Source: an uncultured Desulfobacter sp. (lineage in GTDB: Bacteria > Desulfobacterota > Desulfobacteria > Desulfobacterales > Desulfobacteraceae). From it: 64,000 bases of DNA. A model generated the notes under the pieces. It searched no databases, was not told where the DNA came from, and saw only the letters and a list, made by a program, of their open reading frames with translations. Shown piece after piece: positions 50,619 to 60,866 of this stretch; within the stretch, counting starts at the first letter, position 1; each line of letters begins with the position of its first letter. Location: positions 2,208,001 to 2,272,000 of the forward strand of contig OY762069.1 in NCBI GenBank assembly GCA_963665095.1, read 5' to 3'. A program made the translations under genes and the position numbers.

Positions 50619-52016
50619 ATGCAAGAGCAGGAAATAAATGCGTTCTGGAAAAAAATTGTGAATACCATCAATGACGGACTGATGTTCATCGGGCCGGATG
50701 GGTCCATACTAATGGTGAACAAAGCGTTTGAAACCCTGACCGGCTATTCTTCAGAAGAGGCCATCGGTATCTCCTGCCGCACCCTGGAGTGCGATGCCTG
50801 CGAACAGACGTTGAACACGGGGATAAAATCGGCCTGGTGCCGTTTGTTTGAACCGGGTGAATCTGAGATGAAAAAATGCCGCTGCCTGATCCGCCGCAAA
50901 GACGGCAGCTTCCTGCCGGTGTTAAAAAACGCATCTGTTTTCAGAGATGAAAGCAGTAAAGTCCTGGGGGTGGTGGAAACCCTGACCGATATTTCAGAGA
51001 TTGAACGACTTGACGAACAGGTGCATATGCTGGCCAGGCAGTGCAGTCACGACAATGATTTTTTCGGCATGGTGGGGAAATCCAGACAGATGGAATCGGT
51101 GTTTGAGATGATCCGGAAAGCGTCTGAATCCAATGCACCGGTGATTATCTTAGGTGAAAGCGGATCCGGCAAGGAACTGGTGGCCGATGCGGTCCATATG
51201 CTCGGCACCCGGAAAAACGGGCCCTTTATCCGGCTTAACTGTGCGGCCCTGAACCCGTCTGTTCTTGAAAGTGAGATGTTCGGCCATGTGAAAGGCGCAT
51301 TTACAGGGGCGCATTCCAACAGGATCGGCCGGTTTGAGGCCGCACACAAGGGCAGCTTTTTCCTGGACGAAATAGGAGATATGCCCATGCCGCTGCAGAC
51401 AAAACTGCTGCGGGTGCTTGAGTCCGGACAGTTTGAACGGGTGGGGGACATTGCAAGTGTCCGGGTGGATGTCAGGATTATTACAGCCACCAATAAAAAT
51501 CTTCAGACATTAATAGCTAAAGACCAGTTTCGTCAGGATCTGTTTTTCCGGATCAATGTCATTCCCATTCATGTGCCGGCACTGCGTCAGCGCTTGGAAG
51601 ATATACCGCTGCTGATTACCGCGTTTATCCGTGACCTTAACCGGACATCAGGGAAACTGATTAAAGGCGTCAGCCGGGATGTCATGGACCGGTTCATGGC
51701 CTACCAATGGCCCGGCAATGTCCGTGAGCTTAAAAATGCCCTGGAATATGCCTTTGTTACGGCTGACGGCCCGGTTATCAGGCAGGGTCACCTGCCAAAA
51801 ACCATAATGTCAGATTTCGGCAGTGTAGAGAAATCTGTGGCAGAAACTAAAAAAAGCAGTGACACCGTTGATGAAAAACAGCAGTTGATTGATGCGCTTG
51901 TAAAAACCCGCGGCAATCAGACCATGGCTGCAAAACTATTGAACATCAACCGTGTTACTGTGTGGAACCGGATGAAAAAATATCATATCGACTTAAAAAA
52001 AACATTGGAATGCTAA
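50619..52016 (+). CDS. Sigma-54-dependent activator (PAS-AAA+-HTH)
   Basis: GESGSGKE, GAFTGA, FLDEIG, WPGNVREL, Fis-type HTH; Cys-rich PAS domain. Confidence 0.95.
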   Translation: MQEQEINAFWKKIVNTINDGLMFIGPDGSILMVNKAFETLTGYSSEEAIGISCRTLECDACEQTLNTGIKSAWCRLFEPGESEMKKCRCLIRRKDGSFLPVLKNASVFRDESSKVLGVVETLTDISEIERLDEQVHMLARQCSHDNDFFGMVGKSRQMESVFEMIRKASESNAPVIILGESGSGKELVADAVHMLGTRKNGPFIRLNCAALNPSVLESEMFGHVKGAFTGAHSNRIGRFEAAHKGSFFLDEIGDMPMPLQTKLLRVLESGQFERVGDIASVRVDVRIITATNKNLQTLIAKDQFRQDLFFRINVIPIHVPALRQRLEDIPLLITAFIRDLNRTSGKLIKGVSRDVMDRFMAYQWPGNVRELKNALEYAFVTADGPVIRQGHLPKTIMSDFGSVEKSVAETKKSSDTVDEKQQLIDALVKTRGNQTMAAKLLNINRVTVWNRMKKYHIDLKKTLEC

Positions 52017-52107
52017 CCATAAACTGACATAAAAAAAGAAGGGCCGAACCTTATAAAAAGTGCTTTTCATGGCCCTTTTTCACATGATGGGGAGGAGTGA
52101 CTGTTTC

Positions 52108-55100
52108 ATGCGGCGGGCCATTAATTCCATATTTTTTGAAAAACGGGATTCAAAACTGATTGAAATCGTGAATTCCGTATATGATGAACCCAAGTCCCTC
52201 GGATATACCGGCAAACTGCTCTACCCGTTTTTCCATCCCTTAGGCATTAAGGAGCTTGCCGAAACCAGAGGGCTTCGCGCGGCTTTCTCCATCGTCAGTC
52301 TCATGAAATCCATTGAACACGGCAGTATCACCAGCCGCCTTCAGGCCCTTGCAGGGCTTAAGGATGATTTAGTGGACACCGTGGCCGGCCCCATGCCAAA
52401 AAACACAGCCAGGGTTCTTCTGCAGATCATGAAGGACCTTGTAAGGGCCCAGGGGGACCCGGACCGGCAAATCCGACTTGCCCACGATTTCAGGATTGCA
52501 GCCTTTGGCAAGCCCCGGATCATCCGCTATTTTCTCCAGCAGTACCACCTTCTTGAAATGCCTGAAGAGTGGAACCAGATCACCTTTGACGATCATGTCC
52601 ACGATGCCAATACTTCGGGCAGGAAAAGCCCGACCCATCTGATTATGGATGCCTGGATTAAAGGCATCCGCCGCCTGCGGGTGATTTATTACCACTATAT
52701 TGAACCCAGATGTGCCCTGGAACTTATTGAAGCGGCCAGGATCATGGAGATTGATTTACGGATCGGCATCGAGTTCTGGGCCCTCCACAGGGAAAAATAT
52801 GTCTCTTTTATCTGGGTGTCACGGGGCCTGCCAAACCTTGAGGCTTTTTTATCATTTCTTGCAGCCGGGCCTGTGGTGGACTTCATGGAAGAGGGCAAAG
52901 CGCTCTCAAGATATCAGGGCAGCTATCTTCACGGTCTTTTGGAAAAATTTAATCGAAACGACCGAAACGAATTATGTGAAAAGTTTGGCATATGCATGGA
53001 GCCCCTTAAGGCGGAAGAATTCTTAACCTTTATAACTCCGGGTCAGCCAAGCCTTGAGTACCTTGCAGAATTTATCCATACGAAAACCGTTCAGGCCATT
53101 CAATCCCGTCTTTCCCAGACAGAACAGTGCCAGGATCAAAGTCAGGCGGAAGCCGAAGAAGTTGTAAGACTGCATAAAACCCTGAAAAATTTAACGGTAA
53201 AAGAACTGCTCAGGGATTACCTTGATTCAGATAATTTTTTCAGTCGGTTCCGGGACTTTGTCAGACAGGAAGGGGGGCGTGCCCCTGACAGGCTGACTAT
53301 TGGTGTTGTACCTTTGCTTGAACAGATAGACAGGCTTCACCATGATTATCGCATCACCCTGAATCTTGACCGGTTAAGACCCGAAGATGTTCTCGAGCTT
53401 TTATATGAGAGCTGCGGCAGGATTAACCGAATTGAAATTATTAATCTGAAGAAATACAACCCGTTGGATACCCAAACCATTCTTTGCGTAAATGCCCTGC
53501 AGGAGGCTATAAACCAGGGCAGCATCCTTAAATTAAAACGAATTATTTCAAAAATCATCGCGGATGTTTCAAAACAGAAAGATAATGATAAAAACCACCA
53601 GCTTAAATCTCTTTCTTTGATTCTTAACGATATAGACGAACTCAAACACATGTTTGACATCCGTCCCATTGAGTTACGAATCGGATCGGATTCCTCAGGG
53701 AAACCCTATCAGAGCCATGGCATGGGCTTCGCCGTTATAGATACCCTGCCCTGGAAGGTCAGGCGCACCATTGAAAAGGGGAACAACGGACGCCTTATCC
53801 TCCCGGTCAATGCAAAAAGCCTTTTATGCACAACCACGGTTCTGAACCGGGAGCTGCCAGGGATTATTTCATGGATACCCGGCATCAGGACGCTGTTTGC
53901 AGATAAAAAACAGCAGTGGCTGCCAGGCCCATTCCACATGGATAGTGTCACAAAGGGGAATCTTCTGACCCTGGGCAAATCAACCGCATCAAAGAACGGT
54001 TTCACCTCCCATGCCCCGGCATCTGTCCATAAAACACCAGCTGTCTCCTTGAAATACCTGGATACCCGGATCAAAAATGCATGTAAAATTATCATTGGAT
54101 TTATTCCGGCCCAGCTCTGCTTCATGATGACCAAAGATTGGTGGCTGCTGGCCTATTTCGGAGCGCTTATCTGGTTTTCCATTACCGGCATTCGTAATGT
54201 CATCCAATCGGTTCTTGGTGGCGGAGGTATCAAAAGGGCCTCTCTTTTAAAATGGAACGACTATGTCAGCTGGGACCGCCTGGCAGATTCACTGTTCTAT
54301 ACCGGATTTTCGGTGCCGCTTCTCGACTATCTGGTCAAAATTCTCATTCTTGAAAAGTCTTTTGGAATTACCATGGCAAACGGCCCTGTTACCCTTTATG
54401 CTGTCATGGGTCTTGCCAACGGCATCTATCTTTCCAGTCACAATTTCTTTCGCGGACTTCCCAAGGGTGCTGTCACCGGCAATTTTTTCAGAAGCATTCT
54501 ATCCATACCGGTTGCCGTGGCGCTCAGTGCTGCCGCCGGCTCATTGTTAGGGGTTTTTAACCTGGTGGACATCAATGGCATTCTTCAGAAATGGGCCGCC
54601 ATTATTTCAAAAGGCGCATCCGATATTGTGGCGGCATTCATTGAAGGTACAGCGGACCGGACTTCTTATATACACATAAGAAAACACAATATCCGAAAAA
54701 AAATATCTGACTTGTTTGATATCTTTTCTAAACTTGTCATGCTCTTTCCGGAAACCAAAGAGCTTAAAATCCTGGAGGATTCCAGCATGCTTCTTGATAA
54801 CAAAAACTCAGAAGTGAGGGATCTGGCCACCCTGATTATAATAAACGCCCTGGATCTGTCCTATTTCTGGATGTACCTTCCCCGGGCCCAGTCCGCCCTG
54901 GTCCGGATGGTATCGGAACTGACACCGGAAGAAAGAGTGATTTTTTTTCAATCCCAGAACATGCTCGCCCATGAACACCATATCAGCAGACTGTTTGTAG
55001 ACGGAGTGCTTGGAAAAAATTTTTCCCGGCCCCTCTCTTTTTATCTGACCTCTTACAAAACCTACCTTCGCAGCCTTCAAAAGGCAACGGGAATGTCTTT

Positions 55101-55125
55101 ACCGAGAAATCTCAGCAAAGCGTAA
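52108..55125 (+). CDS. Large hypothetical protein with PHP-like motifs and C-terminal TM bundle
   Basis: DDHVHD..TSG..SP, GIEF, GSDS..SHG; about 5-6 hydrophobic helices; GGAGGAG RBS. Confidence 0.7.
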   Translation: MRRAINSIFFEKRDSKLIEIVNSVYDEPKSLGYTGKLLYPFFHPLGIKELAETRGLRAAFSIVSLMKSIEHGSITSRLQALAGLKDDLVDTVAGPMPKNTARVLLQIMKDLVRAQGDPDRQIRLAHDFRIAAFGKPRIIRYFLQQYHLLEMPEEWNQITFDDHVHDANTSGRKSPTHLIMDAWIKGIRRLRVIYYHYIEPRCALELIEAARIMEIDLRIGIEFWALHREKYVSFIWVSRGLPNLEAFLSFLAAGPVVDFMEEGKALSRYQGSYLHGLLEKFNRNDRNELCEKFGICMEPLKAEEFLTFITPGQPSLEYLAEFIHTKTVQAIQSRLSQTEQCQDQSQAEAEEVVRLHKTLKNLTVKELLRDYLDSDNFFSRFRDFVRQEGGRAPDRLTIGVVPLLEQIDRLHHDYRITLNLDRLRPEDVLELLYESCGRINRIEIINLKKYNPLDTQTILCVNALQEAINQGSILKLKRIISKIIADVSKQKDNDKNHQLKSLSLILNDIDELKHMFDIRPIELRIGSDSSGKPYQSHGMGFAVIDTLPWKVRRTIEKGNNGRLILPVNAKSLLCTTTVLNRELPGIISWIPGIRTLFADKKQQWLPGPFHMDSVTKGNLLTLGKSTASKNGFTSHAPASVHKTPAVSLKYLDTRIKNACKIIIGFIPAQLCFMMTKDWWLLAYFGALIWFSITGIRNVIQSVLGGGGIKRASLLKWNDYVSWDRLADSLFYTGFSVPLLDYLVKILILEKSFGITMANGPVTLYAVMGLANGIYLSSHNFFRGLPKGAVTGNFFRSILSIPVAVALSAAAGSLLGVFNLVDINGILQKWAAIISKGASDIVAAFIEGTADRTSYIHIRKHNIRKKISDLFDIFSKLVMLFPETKELKILEDSSMLLDNKNSEVRDLATLIIINALDLSYFWMYLPRAQSALVRMVSELTPEERVIFFQSQNMLAHEHHISRLFVDGVLGKNFSRPLSFYLTSYKTYLRSLQKATGMSLPRNLSKA

Positions 55126-55129
55126 ATAC

Positions 55130-55434
55130 GCTTTCGCCAGCCATGCAACACCACCGCCAATATCCAGATGATCGTTTCTGCCACCGAAGAGATGACCGCC
55201 ACCATCCAGGAAATCTCAAACAATGTCAGTCAGGCGGCCCAGGGGCTTGATACGGTCAATAACAGTGCAAACCAGGCGTCAACCGTTGCCCGGGATGTGG
55301 CCACAGAGATCAGCCAGGTCAGCCAGGCAACAGATGATATGGACACAGGCAACCGCCAGGTAATGACCAGTGCTGAAGAACTGTCCGAGCTTGCCGGACA
55401 ACTGAAACACATGGTGGACCGGTTTAAAATTTAA
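55130..55434 (+). pseudogene. Methyl-accepting chemotaxis protein C-terminal remnant
   Basis: ATEEMTATIQEI / SNNVSQAAQG ... AEELSELAGQLKHMVDRFKI; no signalling tip, no sensor domain. Confidence 0.7.
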
Positions 55435-55544
55435 TCTGGCCTGCAAAAAAATTCTGCGCCCTGCTTTTTGCTTGATAATGGTAACAATTCTGTCATATAA
55501 TCCATGTTCTAGAATTTAATGCTTGTTATTTTAAGGATAAATCC

Positions 55545-55973
55545 ATGGCCAAAATGTTTTACACCGGAAACAGAGAATCAAAGCTTCTTTCCAAGATTGA
55601 ATCTTCAAAGGAGCGGGAGAGAATAAAAACCATCAGCGCCATCCGGGACAACATTGATATGTTCAGTAATAAAGTTTCTATGAAGCTTATAGAAACAGGG
55701 CTTGTTGAAACCGTAAGTAAATCCAGCATTGAGAATCAAATTGTCCGCTGCCTGGATACCCTGTGCCGGGCAGAGGACTTTGATATCGACTATGCGGTTG
55801 CACCGTTCAGAACTCTGGTGTCAAATCCCAATATTGCCAGCCTTTATCTGACCGCGTTCATCGTCGAAACCCTTATTAACCATAAAGATGTAATTGACGT
55901 TTACGGCAGTGATGATGATATTTATTTCTGCATCCAAAAGGAATTAACAGCCCTTATGGAGGGTGACTACTAA
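55545..55973 (+). CDS. Hypothetical protein
   Basis: 142-aa ORF with AAGGA RBS; no family assigned with confidence. Confidence 0.75.
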   Translation: MAKMFYTGNRESKLLSKIESSKERERIKTISAIRDNIDMFSNKVSMKLIETGLVETVSKSSIENQIVRCLDTLCRAEDFDIDYAVAPFRTLVSNPNIASLYLTAFIVETLINHKDVIDVYGSDDDIYFCIQKELTALMEGDY

Positions 55974-56108
55974 TCTGAGCCACTCATTGAAAACCGATAT
56001 TTTTAATTTCCCCTCTTCCTTGAACCGAAGCTTAGACAAAAGATATCTGGTAAACTGATATACGCCAGATATCATCAGGGTGCCGATAGAAATCCACCTC
56101 AAAATTTG

Positions 56109-57083
56109 TTAAATGGCATTTTTAATGTCAACCCGTAAAAACAGGGCGCCGGGCGGACGGCCGGGTATGGATTTTCCCATACCCTTAAGCCGGAGCAGGG
56201 TCCCGTTCCTGATTCCGGGGGGTACCACAACCCTGTAAACAGAACGTTTGAATCCCCAGGGAATGGTAACCAGTTTCTTAGTGCCTGTCAGTGCCTCAAG
56301 GGAAGTCACCTGGATGGTTCCGTACATATCCATGTCAGAATCCCCCGCCACCGGGGTTATGACCTGAAGCCGCGGGCTGTGTTTCTTCCGGGTAAATCTG
56401 TCAATTCTTTCTCTGAGCCCGGTATCAGGCAACTTTTTATTGATACCGATAAGTATCATGCCGGTAAGAAACCCACCCACATGAGCCCACCACGCAATAT
56501 TGGACTCTGAAGACCGTCCTGTGGCATTTATGAACTGCAATAGAAACCAGATGCCTAAAAATACAAAAGCAGGTATCCTGACAAATATCGGAAAAATCAG
56601 AACCGGAATAACGGTTAGTATTTTATTGTTTGGATGCAGCAGAAAATAAGCGCCCATGACCCCGGCAATGGCTCCGGAGGCACCGATGGTGGGTACAGGT
56701 GACGACACATTGAGCAGAAAATGAAACAAAGCCGCCATGATCCCGCAGGCAATATAAAAGACCCCAAACCGGACAGAACCCAACTCCTCTTCTATGTTAT
56801 CCCCGAAAATATAAAAGAACCACATATTGCCCACAAAATGCCAGAATCCACCGTGCAGAAACATATATGTAACAGGTGAAACAAGCTTGTTGAACAAAGA
56901 GAAATAGCTGCCTATCCGGGACACAGTGTATTTTGCAGGGACAAATCCAAACGTATAGACCACCGCCTCATTGTTCAGCCCTTCTGCCAGCTGCCGAAAA
57001 AAAACCAGAGAGGTAATACAAATAATTATATAAGTTGCCACAGGCCTGACAGTGGACACCTGTTCGTCTCTTAAAGGAATCAC
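56109..57083 (-). CDS. Rhomboid intramembrane protease with DnaJ C-terminal-like domain
   Basis: HGGFWHF.GNM, GASG, AHVGG; tail EALTG ... VPPG ... LRLKGMG. Confidence 0.88.
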   Translation of the reverse strand: MIPLRDEQVSTVRPVATYIIICITSLVFFRQLAEGLNNEAVVYTFGFVPAKYTVSRIGSYFSLFNKLVSPVTYMFLHGGFWHFVGNMWFFYIFGDNIEEELGSVRFGVFYIACGIMAALFHFLLNVSSPVPTIGASGAIAGVMGAYFLLHPNNKILTVIPVLIFPIFVRIPAFVFLGIWFLLQFINATGRSSESNIAWWAHVGGFLTGMILIGINKKLPDTGLRERIDRFTRKKHSPRLQVITPVAGDSDMDMYGTIQVTSLEALTGTKKLVTIPWGFKRSVYRVVVPPGIRNGTLLRLKGMGKSIPGRPPGALFLRVDIKNAI

Positions 57084-57916
57084 GTTGTCACCACCCTGAG
57101 TTGAAACTCTTTTGACAGCCTCTCTTTAAGCATTTTAATCATATCCATGACCCCGTCTTCCGGGGTATATTCCTTTAAAGTCCTGCCGTTGGCCAGCAGT
57201 TTAAACAGATGAGACTTTCTTTCATCCAGACCAAGCCCTGTTAAAATATGGTCAAGAAGGCTGAAATAGATGGCACCGATCTGTATATTTTCACTGCGCG
57301 CAATCAGCGTCTTTCCCCTTAATGTCAGTGCCTGTTCAAGAGCACCAAGCCCATGTGCAACACTTGCAAAGGTTTCCGGAAAAATATATGCATGCCTGAA
57401 CATCTGAGCCGGCTGAAACAGCTGTTCATCATCATCCAGAAAATCAAGATAAAAAACAGCCTGTAAAATGGTTCTGACATCAAAATAGATGTCCGGATCA
57501 TGGCTGGCCCGGGGACCTGCCACATTCAGGACCTGAATGTGATGGCTGACAATAAAATCCTGAATAATCAGAGAGGCTTCAAAAATATCCTGTTCCAGCA
57601 GGTCTATGCGGCACAGAAATTTACCAGCCTGCATGGCAATTTTATGGGTGAGGTGTGATCCGCCGGTCAAGGGGCCGCGGGCAATAATAATGGTGCCGTC
57701 GGCATCTATAATATTTTTTCGCGTTCTGGCCGGATAATCCCGTGATGCCATCTCCACCAGATTATAGCACCCGGGCAGAGGCCCTGATTCCGTTCGCCGT
57801 CCCCTTGTAATCCAGCCGCCATGGGGCATGTTAAATTTAATCGCGGTATCCAGGGCCGCACGATCCGCCCCGGTCTGCCCACCGGATATAATTTTATTTA
57901 CAATGCGCATGGGCAT
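57080..57916 (-). CDS. Putative molybdenum carrier / SLOG-family protein with C-terminal extension
   Basis: KIISGGQTGADRAALD, YPART..N..DADGT, LNVAGPRAS. Confidence 0.85.
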   Translation of the reverse strand: MPMRIVNKIISGGQTGADRAALDTAIKFNMPHGGWITRGRRTESGPLPGCYNLVEMASRDYPARTRKNIIDADGTIIIARGPLTGGSHLTHKIAMQAGKFLCRIDLLEQDIFEASLIIQDFIVSHHIQVLNVAGPRASHDPDIYFDVRTILQAVFYLDFLDDDEQLFQPAQMFRHAYIFPETFASVAHGLGALEQALTLRGKTLIARSENIQIGAIYFSLLDHILTGLGLDERKSHLFKLLANGRTLKEYTPEDGVMDMIKMLKERLSKEFQLRVVTT

Positions 57917-58006
57917 TTCCTGTTGAACACATATAATAAATTTAAATGGGGTATCATACCAGCAAACCCAGCGCTAATAAATAAATTGTCCGGAAGAAAA
58001 TAGAAA

Positions 58007-60238
58007 TTATGAAATATTCTTAAAATCTTCAGAAAGAAAAGAACGGCTTAATTCATCAAGACAGGTGCGTATCCGGATAATATCGTCTTTTGCCCTGTGT
58101 GCGGTATAAAGATGCTGTTTTTTTTGTTCCTGCTTAAGAGAAAACAAGGCATCCATATCCTTGTTCAAGGTTTCATACATGGTAAACCGCTGCAGAATTT
58201 TATCTTTAAAGTCCCGGGTCGCCGCATCTATCATGGGAAAGAAATAGTCATTTTTCAAGGAGAGATGCCAGGTTTTGATCTGCCGCCGGATCAACATCAA
58301 TGACTTTTTCTTTATTCCGGCCGCAGCCCTGTCAAGACCTGGAGAAAAGGAAAACCGTGCATGTCTGTCCACCATGGCCGATATAAACATCACCAGGGAG
58401 TGAAGGCTGAAATCCGTCAGTGCATTGGCCCTCATCCCTGATGTATATTCCAGAGAAAAGTCCATGGAGGGAAGGCGCAGTCCGAGGATTTTTTTAATGC
58501 CCTCAAGATCCACGGCTTTTGAGGCCTCTTTCTCCTGTGTAATCATTTCAAGGGAAAACTGTCTCTCTTCTTTATCTGCAGGTGCAGCCATGGTGACATA
58601 ATCAATACGGTATGAATCCAGCAGGGATTTGAAATAGGCTTCTATGCGCCCTTCCTGGGTACTCACCAGCCGCTTGAGCTCCGGTGTGATCTGTTCAAGG
58701 ATAAACAGATCATAATCCCGCTTAAAATCCTGAAACATCAGATAAATAATATGTTTGAGACCCGTCTGGGACACCCCTGCTTTGTAGGGCTGGTAATCAA
58801 TCTTTGCCTGCCTGACAAACCGGGTGACAAGCTTGTTGATATTTTCGCTGTCCTTGAGGAATACATTTTTAAGATTCAACTCAATTTCCCGGCGCAATGC
58901 GGAAACAGCGCCTTTAACAGAATTGTCAACAATCACGCGCAATCGCCTGGCATTATCCTCAAGATCTGTCAGGCGCGTTCTGGCCTTATCCTGATCCAGA
59001 AGACTTTTTGACAAAACGTCAATGAGAAGGTCTGTTTTATTTTCAACATCCCTGGAGACAATTTTAAGCCGCTGAACAGGATTGGCAAAGGACAGTTGAA
59101 ACCTGGCATCTTTAAAAAGGCGGTTGTATGCCATGAAAAACCGTTCATATTCCTTTGTGCAGTATGCTGCCATTTCCCCGTCCTCCTGCCAGAGCGCAAG
59201 CCGCTTTCTGTTTTTGGCAGACAGTTTTGATTCCAATGCATCAAAAAGCACATAAAGGGCGGAAAACGAAAACACCAGCGGGGCCTCAGTTAAAAGGCAT
59301 AAGTCCTGGCAGGTTTTCTCGCGGGTGATGTTAAGACCTGTCAGGTTATCATGCTCGCTTAAATCGCAGTTGTAGATAAAAAGGATGTTTTCCATCAGTC
59401 CCAGGCGTTTGATCTGTTTTAAAAACGCCATATCAGCCTGTCGAAGGCCTGTGCGCGAAGATATGCAGTAGATAATCAAATGGGCGGATTCAAGATAGGA
59501 AAGAATCTTTGCCATGACCGCAGGATCCGTGGAATCAGCCCCCTGGCAATCGGCCATCTCCATATCCGGGCCAATGGTTTTCCCATACACCTCAAGGCAG
59601 ATATCCCGGATATAAAAGGCTTTAGCCGGATCAGCCGTGAACTCCTTGTGATTCTCAAATGCCTTCCCGTCAAAATGGATGGTGTGTTCATCCGATGCCA
59701 CAAGGTCTGCGCACCGGTCATACCCTTCCAGTGCATTTCTGATTAAAAGGGTCTGCGGCCGCACGCCTTTGGATGTAACAGGAAAGCTGTTTGAAAAGGT
59801 ATTGTATATGCTTTTCAGGGTGCTGCGGTCCTTGCTGCGCCTGATATCAAACTGCTGGTCTGCCGGCTTTTCCGGATGCAGGGCAAGACAGCTTCGGATC
59901 TCTTTGTTTATGTCATCCCAGGACTTCAGGTGGACAATCGCCCTGTTTTTTTTCCCCTTCCGGATGCGGGTGGTAATGGAAGTGACAACCCCGGCCCCGC
60001 GCTGAACCAGCTCTTTTCCAGTCAGCGCATTGATAAAGGTGCTTTTCCCTGATTTAATCGCCCCGACTACGGCGACACGTAAAAGGCTTGAATTGATCTG
60101 ATCCGGCACATGACTGCAAATCTGTTTTAAATCATCCAGACTGCTGCCGGCATCTGTTGAAACCGCAGACAGGGTGTCAATAACCGAAATGGTATCAGAA
60201 ACTATATGTTGAATGGAGTCATGGGCGTGTGATGTCAT
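58007..60238 (-). CDS. Dynamin-family GTPase
   Basis: VAVVGAIKSGKSTFINAL.G..L...G.GVVT, DCQG, long helical C-terminus. Confidence 0.8.
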   Translation of the reverse strand: MTSHAHDSIQHIVSDTISVIDTLSAVSTDAGSSLDDLKQICSHVPDQINSSLLRVAVVGAIKSGKSTFINALTGKELVQRGAGVVTSITTRIRKGKKNRAIVHLKSWDDINKEIRSCLALHPEKPADQQFDIRRSKDRSTLKSIYNTFSNSFPVTSKGVRPQTLLIRNALEGYDRCADLVASDEHTIHFDGKAFENHKEFTADPAKAFYIRDICLEVYGKTIGPDMEMADCQGADSTDPAVMAKILSYLESAHLIIYCISSRTGLRQADMAFLKQIKRLGLMENILFIYNCDLSEHDNLTGLNITREKTCQDLCLLTEAPLVFSFSALYVLFDALESKLSAKNRKRLALWQEDGEMAAYCTKEYERFFMAYNRLFKDARFQLSFANPVQRLKIVSRDVENKTDLLIDVLSKSLLDQDKARTRLTDLEDNARRLRVIVDNSVKGAVSALRREIELNLKNVFLKDSENINKLVTRFVRQAKIDYQPYKAGVSQTGLKHIIYLMFQDFKRDYDLFILEQITPELKRLVSTQEGRIEAYFKSLLDSYRIDYVTMAAPADKEERQFSLEMITQEKEASKAVDLEGIKKILGLRLPSMDFSLEYTSGMRANALTDFSLHSLVMFISAMVDRHARFSFSPGLDRAAAGIKKKSLMLIRRQIKTWHLSLKNDYFFPMIDAATRDFKDKILQRFTMYETLNKDMDALFSLKQEQKKQHLYTAHRAKDDIIRIRTCLDELSRSFLSEDFKNIS

Positions 60239-60249
60239 GGGCCGGCAAA

Positions 60250-60777
60250 TCAGATCAGCATCATGGCTTTTTCATATTTCAGTTCCGGGCTGGTATTAAA
60301 CAGGATGTCTTTTGACAGATCACAGGTCAGCCAGGCAGAATCCGCAAGTTCATTGTCCAGCTGCATGGGACCCCAGCCGGCACACCCCAGAATGACCATA
60401 AAGGTATCAGGTCCTTTGCCCACGGCAATGGCTTCCAGTATATCGCGGGAATTGCTCAATGCCAGCCAGTTGTCTATTTTAAGGGTTTCATTCCATTCAA
60501 ACGGCCCACTGTGAAGAACAAACACACCGGATGGCTGAACCGGCCCGCCCAAAAATATATCCATCTTGTCAACAGTATCATCACAGGCAATACCAAGGTC
60601 GTCAAACAGCTCACGTCCGGTGAGCAAGGGATGAACTTTATTGACAATAAATCCAAGGGCGCCTGATTCATTATGCTCGCAAAGACAGGTCAGGGTCTGG
60701 GCAAAATTGGGATCCGGCAGGCCTGGCATGGCCATAAGAAATTTTCCTTTCAGGTTCTGTGAAATCTGGTCGCTCAT
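60250..60777 (-). CDS. YqgE/AlgH family protein
   Basis: AMP...DPNF, GGPV, G.AGW...QL..E....AW. Confidence 0.92.
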   Translation of the reverse strand: MSDQISQNLKGKFLMAMPGLPDPNFAQTLTCLCEHNESGALGFIVNKVHPLLTGRELFDDLGIACDDTVDKMDIFLGGPVQPSGVFVLHSGPFEWNETLKIDNWLALSNSRDILEAIAVGKGPDTFMVILGCAGWGPMQLDNELADSAWLTCDLSKDILFNTSPELKYEKAMMLI

Positions 60778-60866
60778 CTGTCCCTGCCCATCTTGAAGTT
60801 TACATCCTCTCTTTCCAAATTAAGGAAGTAGTTTTAAATATTTTCACTTGATTTGCAATATATTAT

